Origin: an uncultured Gammaproteobacteria bacterium
Lineage (GTDB): Bacteria > Patescibacteriota > Microgenomatia > Levybacterales > UBA12049
Direction of reading: 5' to 3'
Assembly (NCBI GenBank): GCA_964637955.1
Contig: CAZWXQ010000004.1
Location: 11,368-75,367, forward strand
Length of the DNA stretch: 64,000 nt
Notes under the pieces: model-generated
The model's database searches: none
The model's input: the letters and a program-made list of their open reading frames with translations, nothing else
What the model was told of the DNA's origin: nothing
Shown here: piece after piece, positions 27,477 to 36,764 of the stretch
How the letters are laid out: every line of letters begins with the position of its first letter
How positions within the stretch are numbered: position 1 is the stretch's first letter
Program-made: the position numbers and the translations under genes

Positions 27477-28178
27477 TTAAGAATCTGAAGATAAAACTGC
27501 TATGGGCACTACTCCTAATCCACCTACATTACCCCAATTATCCCTATTTTCACTTGGATCAGAATGCGAAATACTAAAACCATATGCAGGATAAAATGCA
27601 CTAAGATCTATCAAATCGTTCCCAAAGAATGAAGATGACCTCACGCTCAAATAATCATTTGGATTTCCAAATCCTCTTATCTGTGGTCCAAATAAATTAG
27701 CCCCTGTCTGATTAAAGTGTAATAAAGTAATTTCGCATAACTCCGCAATATTCCCAACGACCAAATCATCTACTCCCTCCCCCAACTTTTCTATAAATTC
27801 ATCCTTCAATACAGCAACAGTATCTAATTGTTTCATAAAACTTTTTCCACTTGTACCAGAAGCTATAACTTGGCTTGGATTTATAGCAATCAAACCTTTT
27901 CTTGATCTAATATCCAAAACTTCTGGATGGTGAAGAACCCAAGAAGAACTATTAATCATATGCGGAGTTTCAAAAATTTCTCCAAGACTTCTACCGAGCA
28001 AATTATAAATCGCACTAAATCCAACCTCATTAAGTGCTTTTTTTAATTCTAAAGAGACATCATCTTTGGCGCTTTCCTCTTCAAATACGTCTCCTTGCTC
28101 ATTAATAAGTCTTTGGAGTGCATCTGCTTTTTCAACTTCACCACGCGACCGAACCAGAGCTTCAATTCTTGATAACAT
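27477..28178 (-). CDS. Hypothetical protein
   Basis: 233-aa ORF, divergent from the 28284 gene. Confidence 0.5.
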   Translation of the reverse strand: MLSRIEALVRSRGEVEKADALQRLINEQGDVFEEESAKDDVSLELKKALNEVGFSAIYNLLGRSLGEIFETPHMINSSSWVLHHPEVLDIRSRKGLIAINPSQVIASGTSGKSFMKQLDTVAVLKDEFIEKLGEGVDDLVVGNIAELCEITLLHFNQTGANLFGPQIRGFGNPNDYLSVRSSSFFGNDLIDLSAFYPAYGFSISHSDPSENRDNWGNVGGLGVVPIAVLSSDS

Positions 28179-28283
28179 AACGGGAAATATATCACTAAGA
28201 GCTTATAAATTCAACGAATCCAGGCTTTTCAAGAATTCACAATTATTGATTTTTGCTCTCAATTTTGTTACTATAGGGCACTT

Positions 28284-29558
28284 ATGATGCGCTTTGAGGG
28301 ACAATATCCGCTAGAGCAAAGACAAATCGTTGATTCTAGAGGCCTTATTCAAGAACCTTTTCCAGATATTCCTCAAGCTCGTTTTGAGGCTATATTTGCG
28401 TCAATAGGTAATTCAGAATCTAAGTGCGCGACGCTTTTAAATCTTCCTCATACCCAACCCACAACAGCATCCGAACTTCATCAAGCATTTAAAGATTCAA
28501 CGAATGAGGCTTGGGATTTGCATCCATCAACAACTCAAAGCTATTGTGAAGAAACTTTTATACCGATTGGTTTTGTTGCTCGTTCAGAAATTCTTTATTA
28601 TGGTCGAACCAAATATAATAAAGGCTATAAAGTAACAGAGTCTGGATTAAGATTTGGTCAACCAATTGCCGCTTTCCTCTTACAGCAGTCAACAGAGCTT
28701 CCCTACGCACTTGAAACTTTATTCAGTATGACATCGAGAGGAAATGGCGGAGAAACCAGAGGTGTAATAAATAGAATAAGAGTTTTAGAAGCATTATATG
28801 AACAAAGAGAGTCTGAGTTTCCTATGACCAATCTTCAGATATCAGAAAAGTTGGATACTCAAAAATCTTATGTAGCAGGTCATTTGAAGTCCTTAAGAGA
28901 TCTTGGACTTATAAACTTTTCATCAATCAGCACAGAAAATAAAAGGATAATACCCTATTCGGTGGTTGGCAAAATACCAATAGCAGAAATTCCTACACTT
29001 AAGGCCGAGCATACTTTAACAAGAAATGTGGCAGAAATCATGAACACACTTGGCACAGCAGATATTCATACTGTAATGGAGGAATATGCAAGACGATTTC
29101 CAAATAATAAAATAGATGGATTTAGAGCTGCTAAAGTACTAAGCTTTCTAGCAAGGCATGGCTATATTGCTTCTGATTTTAAAATCGGAGAGATTCATTC
29201 AAACTCAAAAATTACTGAAGAAGGAATAAAAATTGTTGAAAATATTATTCATCCAATAAAAAGAGCGCTTGAAGGAGATGAAGATTTATTAGATGAATGG
29301 AGAGGTATTCCCTGGAGAGAATATGCAGAATCTGCTGTGAATAAACACAAACTTGCTTCCTCTCAAGCAAACGCAGGAACAATTCAGGAATGGGCATCGG
29401 AAGCGCTAGAAATTATCCTAAATAATCCAGGAATTCGCACAACAGACATAGGCTCAAGAATTAAAACTAATACCTCAGTAGTTTTAAAGTTACTTTTTGA
29501 TGAAGGCTTAATAAGAAAAGAAAAGGACAGAAAAGCTGTCAGATATTATGCTACTTAA
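28284..29558 (+). CDS. Multi-winged-helix DNA-binding protein, hypothetical
   Basis: At least two MarR/ArsR-like wHTH segments (RVLEALYEQRESEFPMTNLQISEKLDTQKSYVAGHLKSLRDLGLI and NPGIRTTDIGSRIKTNTSVVLKLLFDEGLIRK). Confidence 0.5.
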   Translation: MMRFEGQYPLEQRQIVDSRGLIQEPFPDIPQARFEAIFASIGNSESKCATLLNLPHTQPTTASELHQAFKDSTNEAWDLHPSTTQSYCEETFIPIGFVARSEILYYGRTKYNKGYKVTESGLRFGQPIAAFLLQQSTELPYALETLFSMTSRGNGGETRGVINRIRVLEALYEQRESEFPMTNLQISEKLDTQKSYVAGHLKSLRDLGLINFSSISTENKRIIPYSVVGKIPIAEIPTLKAEHTLTRNVAEIMNTLGTADIHTVMEEYARRFPNNKIDGFRAAKVLSFLARHGYIASDFKIGEIHSNSKITEEGIKIVENIIHPIKRALEGDEDLLDEWRGIPWREYAESAVNKHKLASSQANAGTIQEWASEALEIILNNPGIRTTDIGSRIKTNTSVVLKLLFDEGLIRKEKDRKAVRYYAT

Positions 29559-30744
29559 TCCAGGCTTTTTTGAGGTCTTGAAAGTTCCCGTCAATAATTG
29601 ACTGTCTTATTTTGTTTGTCAGATTTACAGTGAAATAAACATTGTGGTATGAGGCAAGAGTATAAGCAAGTAATTCATGTGCTCGGAATATATGATTTAG
29701 ATATGCGCGAGGATGAGTTTTGCAAACATAGCAATGGCAGTTGGGATCAATTGGATTCATGTCAGAAGCAAATTTGGATTTGGTGACATCGAACCTAAAT
29801 CTATTCTTCACATTTCCCTCTTTTGGACTTATAAAAACGTGTCCCATGCGACCAAGACGAGTCTGAATTACACAATCAAAAGAATCCACTCCCCGCTCTA
29901 CACCTTCAAATATATCATCAATTTCACCAATCCCAAGAAGATGCCTTGGCTTGTCTTCGTCCAACTCTTCTACTGTCCATTCTATAACCTCATAAAGATT
30001 TTTCTTGGAAGCATGTGCGCCTCCCATAGCGATAGCATCGAAATTCTCATTAACAAACTTTGCACTCTTTTTTCGAAGGTTTCCAAACTGCCCACCGTGT
30101 GTAACCCCATACATCAACTGATTCGTGCTTTTCTGAGCTTTTAGTGACCTCACAAGCCATCTTTCTGTAAGCTCCAAACTCTTTTTAGTTTCTGCTTCAG
30201 AATAAGTTGGTGATTCCAGATCATCAAAGCCAACTATCAAATCTGCGCCAATCTTTTCCTGAATTTCAATCGAGGTTTCAGGTGAAAGCATATGAGCTGA
30301 GCCGTCGATGTGAGACTGAAACTCTACTCCCTCTTCCGAAATCTTATTCAATCTGGGTTTCGCATCCTCTTCAATTAGGTTTTGGGATTTTTGATTTGGG
30401 ATTTCCTTTAGGAACTTAACTCCTGGTTTTTCCAGACCTACACCAAGTGAGAAAACCTGAAACCCGCCTGAGTCTGTAAAAGTCGGCCCATTCCAATCCA
30501 TCATCTTAGCAAGTCCTCCCATTTTTTCTACCAAATCTTCCCCAGGCTGAAGCATAAGATGATATGTGTTTCCGAGAACTACTTGAGGCCCGATCTCCCT
30601 GATTTGTGCCCCAGTCATGGATTTGAGAGTGCCTTTTGTACCAACCGGGAAAAATGCCGGCGTCAAAACATCTCCATGCGGAGTTTTTATAATTCCTGCT
30701 CTCGCCTTGCCTAGCTTTTTAACAAGTTCAAATTTCGGCTTCAT
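29551..30744 (-). CDS. tgt: Queuine tRNA-ribosyltransferase
   Basis: ARAGIIKTPHGDVLTPAFFPVGTKGTLKSM. Zinc site CHCYVCKTH. 397 aa. Confidence 0.9.
   Translation of the reverse strand: MKPKFELVKKLGKARAGIIKTPHGDVLTPAFFPVGTKGTLKSMTGAQIREIGPQVVLGNTYHLMLQPGEDLVEKMGGLAKMMDWNGPTFTDSGGFQVFSLGVGLEKPGVKFLKEIPNQKSQNLIEEDAKPRLNKISEEGVEFQSHIDGSAHMLSPETSIEIQEKIGADLIVGFDDLESPTYSEAETKKSLELTERWLVRSLKAQKSTNQLMYGVTHGGQFGNLRKKSAKFVNENFDAIAMGGAHASKKNLYEVIEWTVEELDEDKPRHLLGIGEIDDIFEGVERGVDSFDCVIQTRLGRMGHVFISPKEGNVKNRFRFDVTKSKFASDMNPIDPNCHCYVCKTHPRAYLNHIFRAHELLAYTLASYHNVYFTVNLTNKIRQSIIDGNFQDLKKAWIK
30380..30406. repeat. GGGATTT heptamer repeat inside the tgt coding sequence
   Basis: ttttgggatttttgatttgggatttcc. Encodes IPNQKSQN in the minus-strand gene. 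Confidence 0.6.
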
Positions 30745-30794
30745 AGCCTATAATTATATCCTTTTATTGGATTTTATGCTAGAATACCCATCTT

Positions 30795-31694
30795 ATGGCA
30801 GGCACAAAAGAAGCTAATCAGCCAAGTATTGAGCAAAAATTTATCGGAAGAGTTTTAGTCGGAAACCCAGACGTCTTGAGCAAGTATCCTGATAGAAATG
30901 TTCATATATTACTCTCAAATGCAGATGGAGTAACCCATTCTTCTCTGGGAAATCTAGGTGATACCTTTGGAATATCACGTCAAGCTATTTCTCAAATTTA
31001 TACAAGAGGGATGAGAACCATATGGGAAACTGCACCTGATGCAGTAAAACAGGATTTTCCAGAATTAGCTAGATATGAGCCAACTAGATCGAAAAAATCA
31101 TGGAACAGAAAAAGAAGAAGGAATCTTCCCTCAGTTCAAGGCGAAGCTGAATTACCACCTCTACCACCTATATTCAGGGTTCATTTACACGAACCTGAAA
31201 CAGATGACATAAAAGAGGAACTAGTTTTAAAAGATGAGGTTGAATACCTAAGTAGAACAAATTCTGTTAAAAGAGTTAGACAGTATCTAGGAGGAGAGAC
31301 ACACTGCGCAAGTACGCTTTCAGGCGTGATTCTACCTATTGATAGCAGCAATAAATCTCATGTTGTTATCATGGCCGATGGTGATGTCTTTGTACTAGGA
31401 CATACAGATATAAATAAAGGCGACTATAATAATTTTGCTAATATAACTGAAAACTGGGGCGCAATTTATCTTCCTGCAGGAATTCCCCAACGTGAAAGCT
31501 TATTAGGATTAGCAGCCTCAAACGGAGCAAGTATGATCGCCAACAATAGACTTGAAAGAGATAAAAAGACAATTCAAGATTCAATTCAGAAAGCTTTTAG
31601 GTTTGAGGCTGAACAGAGTATTACCTCTGCTCAAATGATTAAAACTGAGTTAGCTAATCTTGTCGCATCAGAGGTCAATAGAAGACGAACTTAA
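30795..31694 (+). CDS. Hypothetical protein
   Basis: 299-aa ORF. Confidence 0.5.
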   Translation: MAGTKEANQPSIEQKFIGRVLVGNPDVLSKYPDRNVHILLSNADGVTHSSLGNLGDTFGISRQAISQIYTRGMRTIWETAPDAVKQDFPELARYEPTRSKKSWNRKRRRNLPSVQGEAELPPLPPIFRVHLHEPETDDIKEELVLKDEVEYLSRTNSVKRVRQYLGGETHCASTLSGVILPIDSSNKSHVVIMADGDVFVLGHTDINKGDYNNFANITENWGAIYLPAGIPQRESLLGLAASNGASMIANNRLERDKKTIQDSIQKAFRFEAEQSITSAQMIKTELANLVASEVNRRRT

Positions 31695-33043
31695 TTCTGA
31701 AGTTTTCTGACTTCTTCTTTAAACTTATTTCCGCGGTCTTTGTAGTTTTTAAACATTCCGAAAGAAGCGCATGCAGGAGAAAGCAAAACCACATCGCCTG
31801 GTAGAGCTAATTTACTTACCGCTAGAACTATTTTCTCCATACTATCTGCACCTTCAAGAATAAGAGTTTCCGGTCTTACGTTTTTAATTTGCTCTTTAAT
31901 TCTCGCCCATTCCTCCCCAATTCCTATAATCGCTTTTATTTTTTCTGACTCTCCTATCACTTGACCAAGTTCTGAAAAATCACTGTTCTTTGATGATCCA
32001 CCAAGTATCAAAATTTCTGGATTTTTAAAAGATTTTATGGCGGCAATTGCTGTTTCAGGGGTCGTAGAAAATGAGTCATTATAATATTCAATATTATTAA
32101 CTGTGGCTACCAATTCAAGCCGATGCTCTAGACCTGAAAACGTCTTTAAGACCTCTGTAATCTGCCCAACTCTAACCCCCGCGAGATATGCCGCCATAGT
32201 CGCTGCACAAGCATTTTCATGATTATGATCACCCTTTAAAAGTAATTCTCGGGTATCAATTATTGGCAAATCATTTCCTTTAGCTCTTAAAATTATTTGA
32301 TTCCCTAGCGCAAAGCATCCCTCATCCACTTCTCGCTCCCTTGAGAAATAATATACTTTCCCATCTGTTTTTATATCGCTTTCGTTACTTGCTGGGTAAT
32401 CGCGATTTATAACCGCGAAGTCATCAGGAAACTGATTATTTAAAATATTTCTCTTCGCCTCTACATATTCTTGCGTATCCTTGTGGTAATCAAGATGCTC
32501 ACTTGTAATCATAAGCATTACTGCGATGTGGGGACTTACTGTCAAATCTTGAAGCTGAAATGATGACATTTCAAGAACTACCCAAGACTGCGGAGTAAGT
32601 TTTTCAAGGAATTCAAAGGGTGCAACTCCTATGTTTCCACCTAAATAAGCATCAAAATCTGCAGCTTTAAGCATGTTATAAATTAGAGTCGAGGTCGTCC
32701 CCTTCCCTTTGGTACCTGTCACACCAATAATGTTTTTGGTGGGAGTTAAATCAAAGAAAAGTTTTGTTTGTGAAGTTATCTTTGACTCATCTTTAATCTT
32801 AAATCTTAAATCATTAATCTTAACCCCAGGAGAACGAACTATTAGATCAAAATGATCAAGTCCTTCAAGATAATCTTCACCATTCTTTTGATCTCGGATT
32901 TCTACCTCTGCTCCATGCTTTTTTAGAAACTGTGCGCTAGATTTACCTTCGATTCCTTCTCCGATAACAGCAATTTTCATGTCCTGAAAATCATGCAATG
33001 TTCGATTGGGTTTATCTTTAAAATCTTCAAAAGAATTAATCAT
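31691..33043 (-). CDS. murD: UDP-N-acetylmuramoylalanine--D-glutamate ligase
   Basis: N-terminal KIAVIGEGIEGKSSAQFLKKHG (MurD Rossmann). IGVTGTKGKGTTSTLIYNML (Mur ligase P-loop). Confidence 0.8.
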   Translation of the reverse strand: MINSFEDFKDKPNRTLHDFQDMKIAVIGEGIEGKSSAQFLKKHGAEVEIRDQKNGEDYLEGLDHFDLIVRSPGVKINDLRFKIKDESKITSQTKLFFDLTPTKNIIGVTGTKGKGTTSTLIYNMLKAADFDAYLGGNIGVAPFEFLEKLTPQSWVVLEMSSFQLQDLTVSPHIAVMLMITSEHLDYHKDTQEYVEAKRNILNNQFPDDFAVINRDYPASNESDIKTDGKVYYFSREREVDEGCFALGNQIILRAKGNDLPIIDTRELLLKGDHNHENACAATMAAYLAGVRVGQITEVLKTFSGLEHRLELVATVNNIEYYNDSFSTTPETAIAAIKSFKNPEILILGGSSKNSDFSELGQVIGESEKIKAIIGIGEEWARIKEQIKNVRPETLILEGADSMEKIVLAVSKLALPGDVVLLSPACASFGMFKNYKDRGNKFKEEVRKLQN

Positions 33044-33069
33044 GAGGCTAATTATACTAAATTCAAAGA

Positions 33070-34266
33070 TTAAATTCTCCTATTGGAAATAAGTCTCCAG
33101 CCTGAATTTGATTCTCCTAAACCTTTATCCTCTGTATCCGATGACAAATCTTGATCCTCTATCGGAGCAAATTGTCCCCACTTATATCCTCTATCCCCAA
33201 GTCTCTGAAGAGAATCTCTCCAGGCATAAGTTCTCACTGAAAAATTTAATGGAGCTCCAAATGTTTTATATACAATATTCTTAGCTGCATCTAAGCTTCC
33301 TTCTGGATTCACTAAAGCATCTGCCATTCTTATTCCATGTGCCTTAGGATAAATGACTACTATTTGAGGCCTCTCTTCCCCATCTTTCGGTGAATATTCC
33401 TGCGTTAACTGCTCTACTCCACGAGCAAGATACATTCTCCTAGCCTGCTCAAAATCCAAAACTAGCTTTTCAAATTTAGAAATCTGGTCCTTATTAAATA
33501 TTCCCCTTCCTAATTTTCGCTGAGCAAAAATCGAACCATCCCAAATTATTCCTGCTTCTAAAGCAAGCAAATAAGGCGCTAAGTTCATATTCTGATTCAT
33601 TCCTATTCCTCCACCCAAAAAACCTGCTGCAACCAAACTTGACCTAAATATATCTCGTACGGCCATGTATGAAGGCTTATTCGCAATATCAGCTACGGCC
33701 ACTGGCTTATTCTGTCTCTGAACAAAGTCTGCAAGATTCTTTGCAAACATCATTCGATCTTTATTATCTACAAACATAAGGTGTTCCGCATGCTTCCTCA
33801 ATGGAGACTTCTTAAGATTTCTTTCTAACTCAGGATAAAAATATTCTGCTACCACTAATTTTGTTCTATCTGACCCTATAAATTTCCCAATATAGGGATC
33901 TGGAGAATTATCTGAATGTTCGAAATCTACTGAAAGAACATCAACCCCATTCATTCTTACTCCCGTTACGCTTTCTTTAATAAACTGATCCAGGCTAGCT
34001 CTCTCAATAGAGCCTTGATACCCTGAATGTTGATCTATACTAAGATCTTTTACAGCTGAAGCTAAAATTTCATCATGAGTTAGATATCGAGGTTTTGCGG
34101 GATCATTTTCTATTACTTGAACATTCTCCGGTACAAAAGGCGTAGCTTCTAAGCCATCCATAGGATTATTTATTTGCAATGATTCTGGTGATAAATCGGC
34201 AGCCATATGATTGTGGCTGTGACGGGGTTGGAAAAACGTCAAACGTCTCTTCATCGCATCAAACAC
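33070..34266 (-). CDS. Hypothetical protein
   Basis: 398-aa ORF. Confidence 0.5.
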   Translation of the reverse strand: MFDAMKRRLTFFQPRHSHNHMAADLSPESLQINNPMDGLEATPFVPENVQVIENDPAKPRYLTHDEILASAVKDLSIDQHSGYQGSIERASLDQFIKESVTGVRMNGVDVLSVDFEHSDNSPDPYIGKFIGSDRTKLVVAEYFYPELERNLKKSPLRKHAEHLMFVDNKDRMMFAKNLADFVQRQNKPVAVADIANKPSYMAVRDIFRSSLVAAGFLGGGIGMNQNMNLAPYLLALEAGIIWDGSIFAQRKLGRGIFNKDQISKFEKLVLDFEQARRMYLARGVEQLTQEYSPKDGEERPQIVVIYPKAHGIRMADALVNPEGSLDAAKNIVYKTFGAPLNFSVRTYAWRDSLQRLGDRGYKWGQFAPIEDQDLSSDTEDKGLGESNSGWRLISNRRI

Positions 34267-34285
34267 GACTTCGCCTGAGCCATTG

Positions 34286-34359
34286 TACCAGGGGTGGGAG
34301 TCGAACCCACGACCTTAGGTTTATGAATCCTATGCTCTAACCAACTGAGCTACCCTGGC
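34286..34359 (-). tRNA. tRNA with anticodon CAT (Met or lysidine-Ile2). CCA is not encoded.
   Basis: Hand-folded cloverleaf: GCCAGGG / TA / GCTC-AGTTGGTTA-GAGC / TAGGA-TTCATAA-ACCTA / AGGTC / GTGGG-TTCGACT-CCCAC / CCCTGGT-A. G1-U72 wobble. Confidence 0.8.
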
Positions 34360-35056
34360 GTGCTAGTCCTTCGATTAATCCTATTATTTTATAATAAATA
34401 CGTGCCGGTTTACTAACTTTAACAGACAAAGTTCCATAATGTTCATTGAAATTATCGTAAATTTTCTTACTTTTTACCTTTTTAAAACTAGTTTTCGTGA
34501 ATTGATCTAATGGAATTCCTGTCATCTCAGACCAATAATATTTAACTAACTGTTCTCTTTTACGATGGGTTTCATTAATTCCAACATAACACCTCATTTG
34601 AGAAATTGGAATTCCAAAGCACGTTTGCAACCAAATCAGGAAGAATTTTATCATTTTAGGATCAGAGTTGCAAAGTTCTATTTTGCGAGTTTTCTTGCTT
34701 CCTTCTCCCCAATACAAAGCTAAACCCGCAATTAATAACTCTCTCTCGGTCATTCCTGAAAGATATTTTAAACCATCTATTCTTGACTCTTGAATTAATT
34801 TTAATCGTCGATTTTTTTGCTCCAATGCGTTTCTTAAACGACCTAATTCTGCACCTTTAATTTTTGATTTTCTCAATTCTTCTAATTGCTCTACGGAAAG
34901 CACAATATCTCTAACCCAAATACTTACTGTGCTTTTTGAAATCTGAAGTTCAGAAGCAATTTTTTTAACGCTTAATCCATTTTTTCTTAATTTTCTAGCC
35001 TCTAATTTAAGTAATGATTTCGCCATCGAACCTACAATATATAATAGTATTAACAC
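34337..35056 (-). CDS. HTH plus LAGLIDADG-like (single-motif) homing-endonuclease-family protein. Its 3' end overlaps the tRNA 5' end by about 22 nt.
   Basis: N-terminal HTH (KLRKNGLSVKKIASELQISKSTVSIWVRDI). LLIAGLALYWGEGSKK resembles the LAGLIDADG motif with its catalytic acidic residue. Confidence 0.45.
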   Translation of the reverse strand: MLILLYIVGSMAKSLLKLEARKLRKNGLSVKKIASELQISKSTVSIWVRDIVLSVEQLEELRKSKIKGAELGRLRNALEQKNRRLKLIQESRIDGLKYLSGMTERELLIAGLALYWGEGSKKTRKIELCNSDPKMIKFFLIWLQTCFGIPISQMRCYVGINETHRKREQLVKYYWSEMTGIPLDQFTKTSFKKVKSKKIYDNFNEHYGTLSVKVSKPARIYYKIIGLIEGLARQGSSVG

Positions 35057-35079
35057 TATATCTTAGGTTTTAATTATTG

Positions 35080-35108
35080 TCAATTAACAGTTGGGGTGCT
35101 ATAATACC
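35080..35108 (+). promoter_or_regulatory. Sigma70-like promoter: TTGTCA (-35), 17-nt spacer, TATAAT (-10)
   Basis: ttgtcaattaacagttggggtgctataat. It would drive the candidate ncRNA. Confidence 0.5.
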
Positions 35109-35114
35109 TGAACG

Positions 35115-35440
35115 CGCGGGGTAGTGTACAGTGCACGTGAGGCTTAATTTAATGGGCCGTTTTGATAGTAATACCAAAAATGAACTCAGCTATTTCGGTG
35201 AACTCCTAAATTTTATTAAGGACAATACCGAGGGAAGACTCGCTTAGGCGAGAACCCGTAGAGACTACACGCTGGGCTCCTAAGCAATCAAGGATTTATA
35301 CAAAGCTTGCCAAAGGATGAAGATATAGTCCGACACTCTGAGTAATCGGAGATAACAGATAGCATAATCTCACAGGCTAGGCGCAACTCCTAGCCCCGCA
35401 ACAAATTTAATGGAGGCATCAAGCCTCCATTTTCTTTAAT
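35115..35440 (+). ncRNA. Candidate structured non-coding RNA of about 320 nt (class unknown), or a long regulated leader
   Basis: A 450-bp gene-free region carries a consensus promoter, several stable hairpins (ctcgc-ttag-gcgag, ggctagg-cgcaact-cctagcc) and an intrinsic terminator. It may contain a 31-codon small ORF (MGRFDSNTKNELSYFGELLNFIKDNTEGRLA). Confidence 0.35.
35412..35440 (+). terminator. Intrinsic terminator: ggaggc-atcaa-gcctcc followed by a T-run
   Basis: ggaggcatcaagcctccattttcttt on the plus strand. Confidence 0.6.
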
Positions 35441-35506
35441 TTCAATCTTCAACTTTAATCTTATAGTTAGGTATAAAATACCCTTTATTTCCCCATTCTT
35501 AATCAC

Positions 35507-36763
35507 TTGATTTTAGCTAAATTTTATCCTATAATAATCGCCGTGAATATGGAAAATAGATTTAGCACACCAATTCAATCAAGTAACGACAGAGGATCTT
35601 TTTATAAAGACGGCCTTGGTATAGGAAAACTTGAGGACAGTCTTGCCAATTATCAAAGAGAGCATGATTTGCGAATTGAAGGCTTAAGAGGCAGTCTTAA
35701 TCAAACAGAGGTAAACATTTTAGAAGCAACTCTAGAACAAGCAAAACAGGCTGGAATTATTACCCTACCCCCTGAATTACAAGACAAAGGTTGGTTTGAA
35801 TTATTAAAAGAAGGTCAAGGAAATGAATTCTATTACCGCTATGGATACTTAAGGCAAATTCCTGAAACCATAGCAGAACTTCGCTCAAAACAAGAACCAT
35901 TATTTTTTATGCCTCATGACTATAAAGATGTTACATTTGAAAATTTTGAGATGCGATGTGATGGACACGAAAAAGCATGGACACTCTTAACTCATTTTGG
36001 CCCAACTCCACCAAAAGGATTATATCTTTGGGGTAATTATGGAACAGGAAAAACTCACCTAATCGCTGCATTTGCACGTGGCCTCCAGGCAGAAATAACT
36101 GCAGGCACATTTGGTAGAATTGCTGATTTCGCTGGCTCTTCAATAGCACAGTACGAAGCTGCATGGAAAGAACAAATGGAACCAGCAAAGCAGGCAGAAC
36201 GAGCAGCATATGATAAATGGAGAGCAGATTCTGCTAATACATCAAAAGGCTATAAAGAATGGCAAACCAAAGAAGGTCAAGTCAAAGCTTTACAAATAGA
36301 ACTAGATCGAATTGTTCCTAGAAATCTCAGAAGAGCAAAAGATGCTTATCCTTTCCAACCCTCTGACATAGCATTTGCAACATTTGATCATCTTATGGAA
36401 CGCTCAGGGGACGAAGAATTTATGAATAAATTTCTTAGCAGAAGAATAGTTATCATAGACGATGTTCATCCAAAAGATGACAGAGCAAGGCTAGATTTTA
36501 TTCAAAGGATAGTAGAAAAACGCTACAATGAATATAGATCAGGCGCTACATTCTTCACAAGCAATCTTTCTCCTGAAAAAGTTCTGGTAGGATCAAACTA
36601 TCCCAAAGAAATAGGTGAAAGAGGCCACAGTAGACTTCGCGAAATGACAATGCCCATAGAATTTGATTCTACAGATTACAGATTAAAAATAGCAGAGCAG
36701 GCAGACGCAGACTTATTAAGACTAGTGGAACAACTTAGGCAAGATCAACCCAGAACAGAATAA
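35507..36763 (+). CDS. DnaC/IstB-like AAA+ ATPase (helicase-loader family) with an N-terminal extension and an insertion of about 110 aa between Walker A and B
   Basis: LYLWGNYGTGKTHLIAAFA (Walker A), RIVIIDDVH (Walker B), FFTSN (sensor I). Alternative start at MENRFS (35549). Confidence 0.65.
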   Translation: MILAKFYPIIIAVNMENRFSTPIQSSNDRGSFYKDGLGIGKLEDSLANYQREHDLRIEGLRGSLNQTEVNILEATLEQAKQAGIITLPPELQDKGWFELLKEGQGNEFYYRYGYLRQIPETIAELRSKQEPLFFMPHDYKDVTFENFEMRCDGHEKAWTLLTHFGPTPPKGLYLWGNYGTGKTHLIAAFARGLQAEITAGTFGRIADFAGSSIAQYEAAWKEQMEPAKQAERAAYDKWRADSANTSKGYKEWQTKEGQVKALQIELDRIVPRNLRRAKDAYPFQPSDIAFATFDHLMERSGDEEFMNKFLSRRIVIIDDVHPKDDRARLDFIQRIVEKRYNEYRSGATFFTSNLSPEKVLVGSNYPKEIGERGHSRLREMTMPIEFDSTDYRLKIAEQADADLLRLVEQLRQDQPRTE

Positions 36764-36764
36764 C

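Noticed and set aside
35095-35130. TPP riboswitch-like words (GGGGTGC, AATACC, CTGAAC, GCG)
   Set aside because: The words are permuted relative to the THI-box order. UGAGA is absent. The segment overlaps the -10 element.
35115-35440. tmRNA (ssrA) as identity of the candidate ncRNA, because it begins near GGGGUGC
   Set aside because: The GGGGTGC lies inside the promoter spacer. There is no tRNA-like 3' end (GGTTCGANTCC plus ACCA) and no plausible tag-peptide reading frame ending in AA-stop.
35115-35440. RNase P RNA or SRP RNA as identity of the candidate ncRNA
   Set aside because: Neither P4 consensus strand (AGGAAAGUCCGGGC and ACAGAANCCGGCUUA) is present. No SRP domain IV GGAAGCAGC motif. 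Only short chance similarities (CCCGUAG, GAGGGAAGAC).
34286-35506. Group I intron carrying the LAGLIDADG ORF within a tRNA gene
   Set aside because: The tRNA(CAT) is contiguous and complete (74 nt) with no interrupted exon. The adjacent structured region has its promoter and terminator on the opposite strand.
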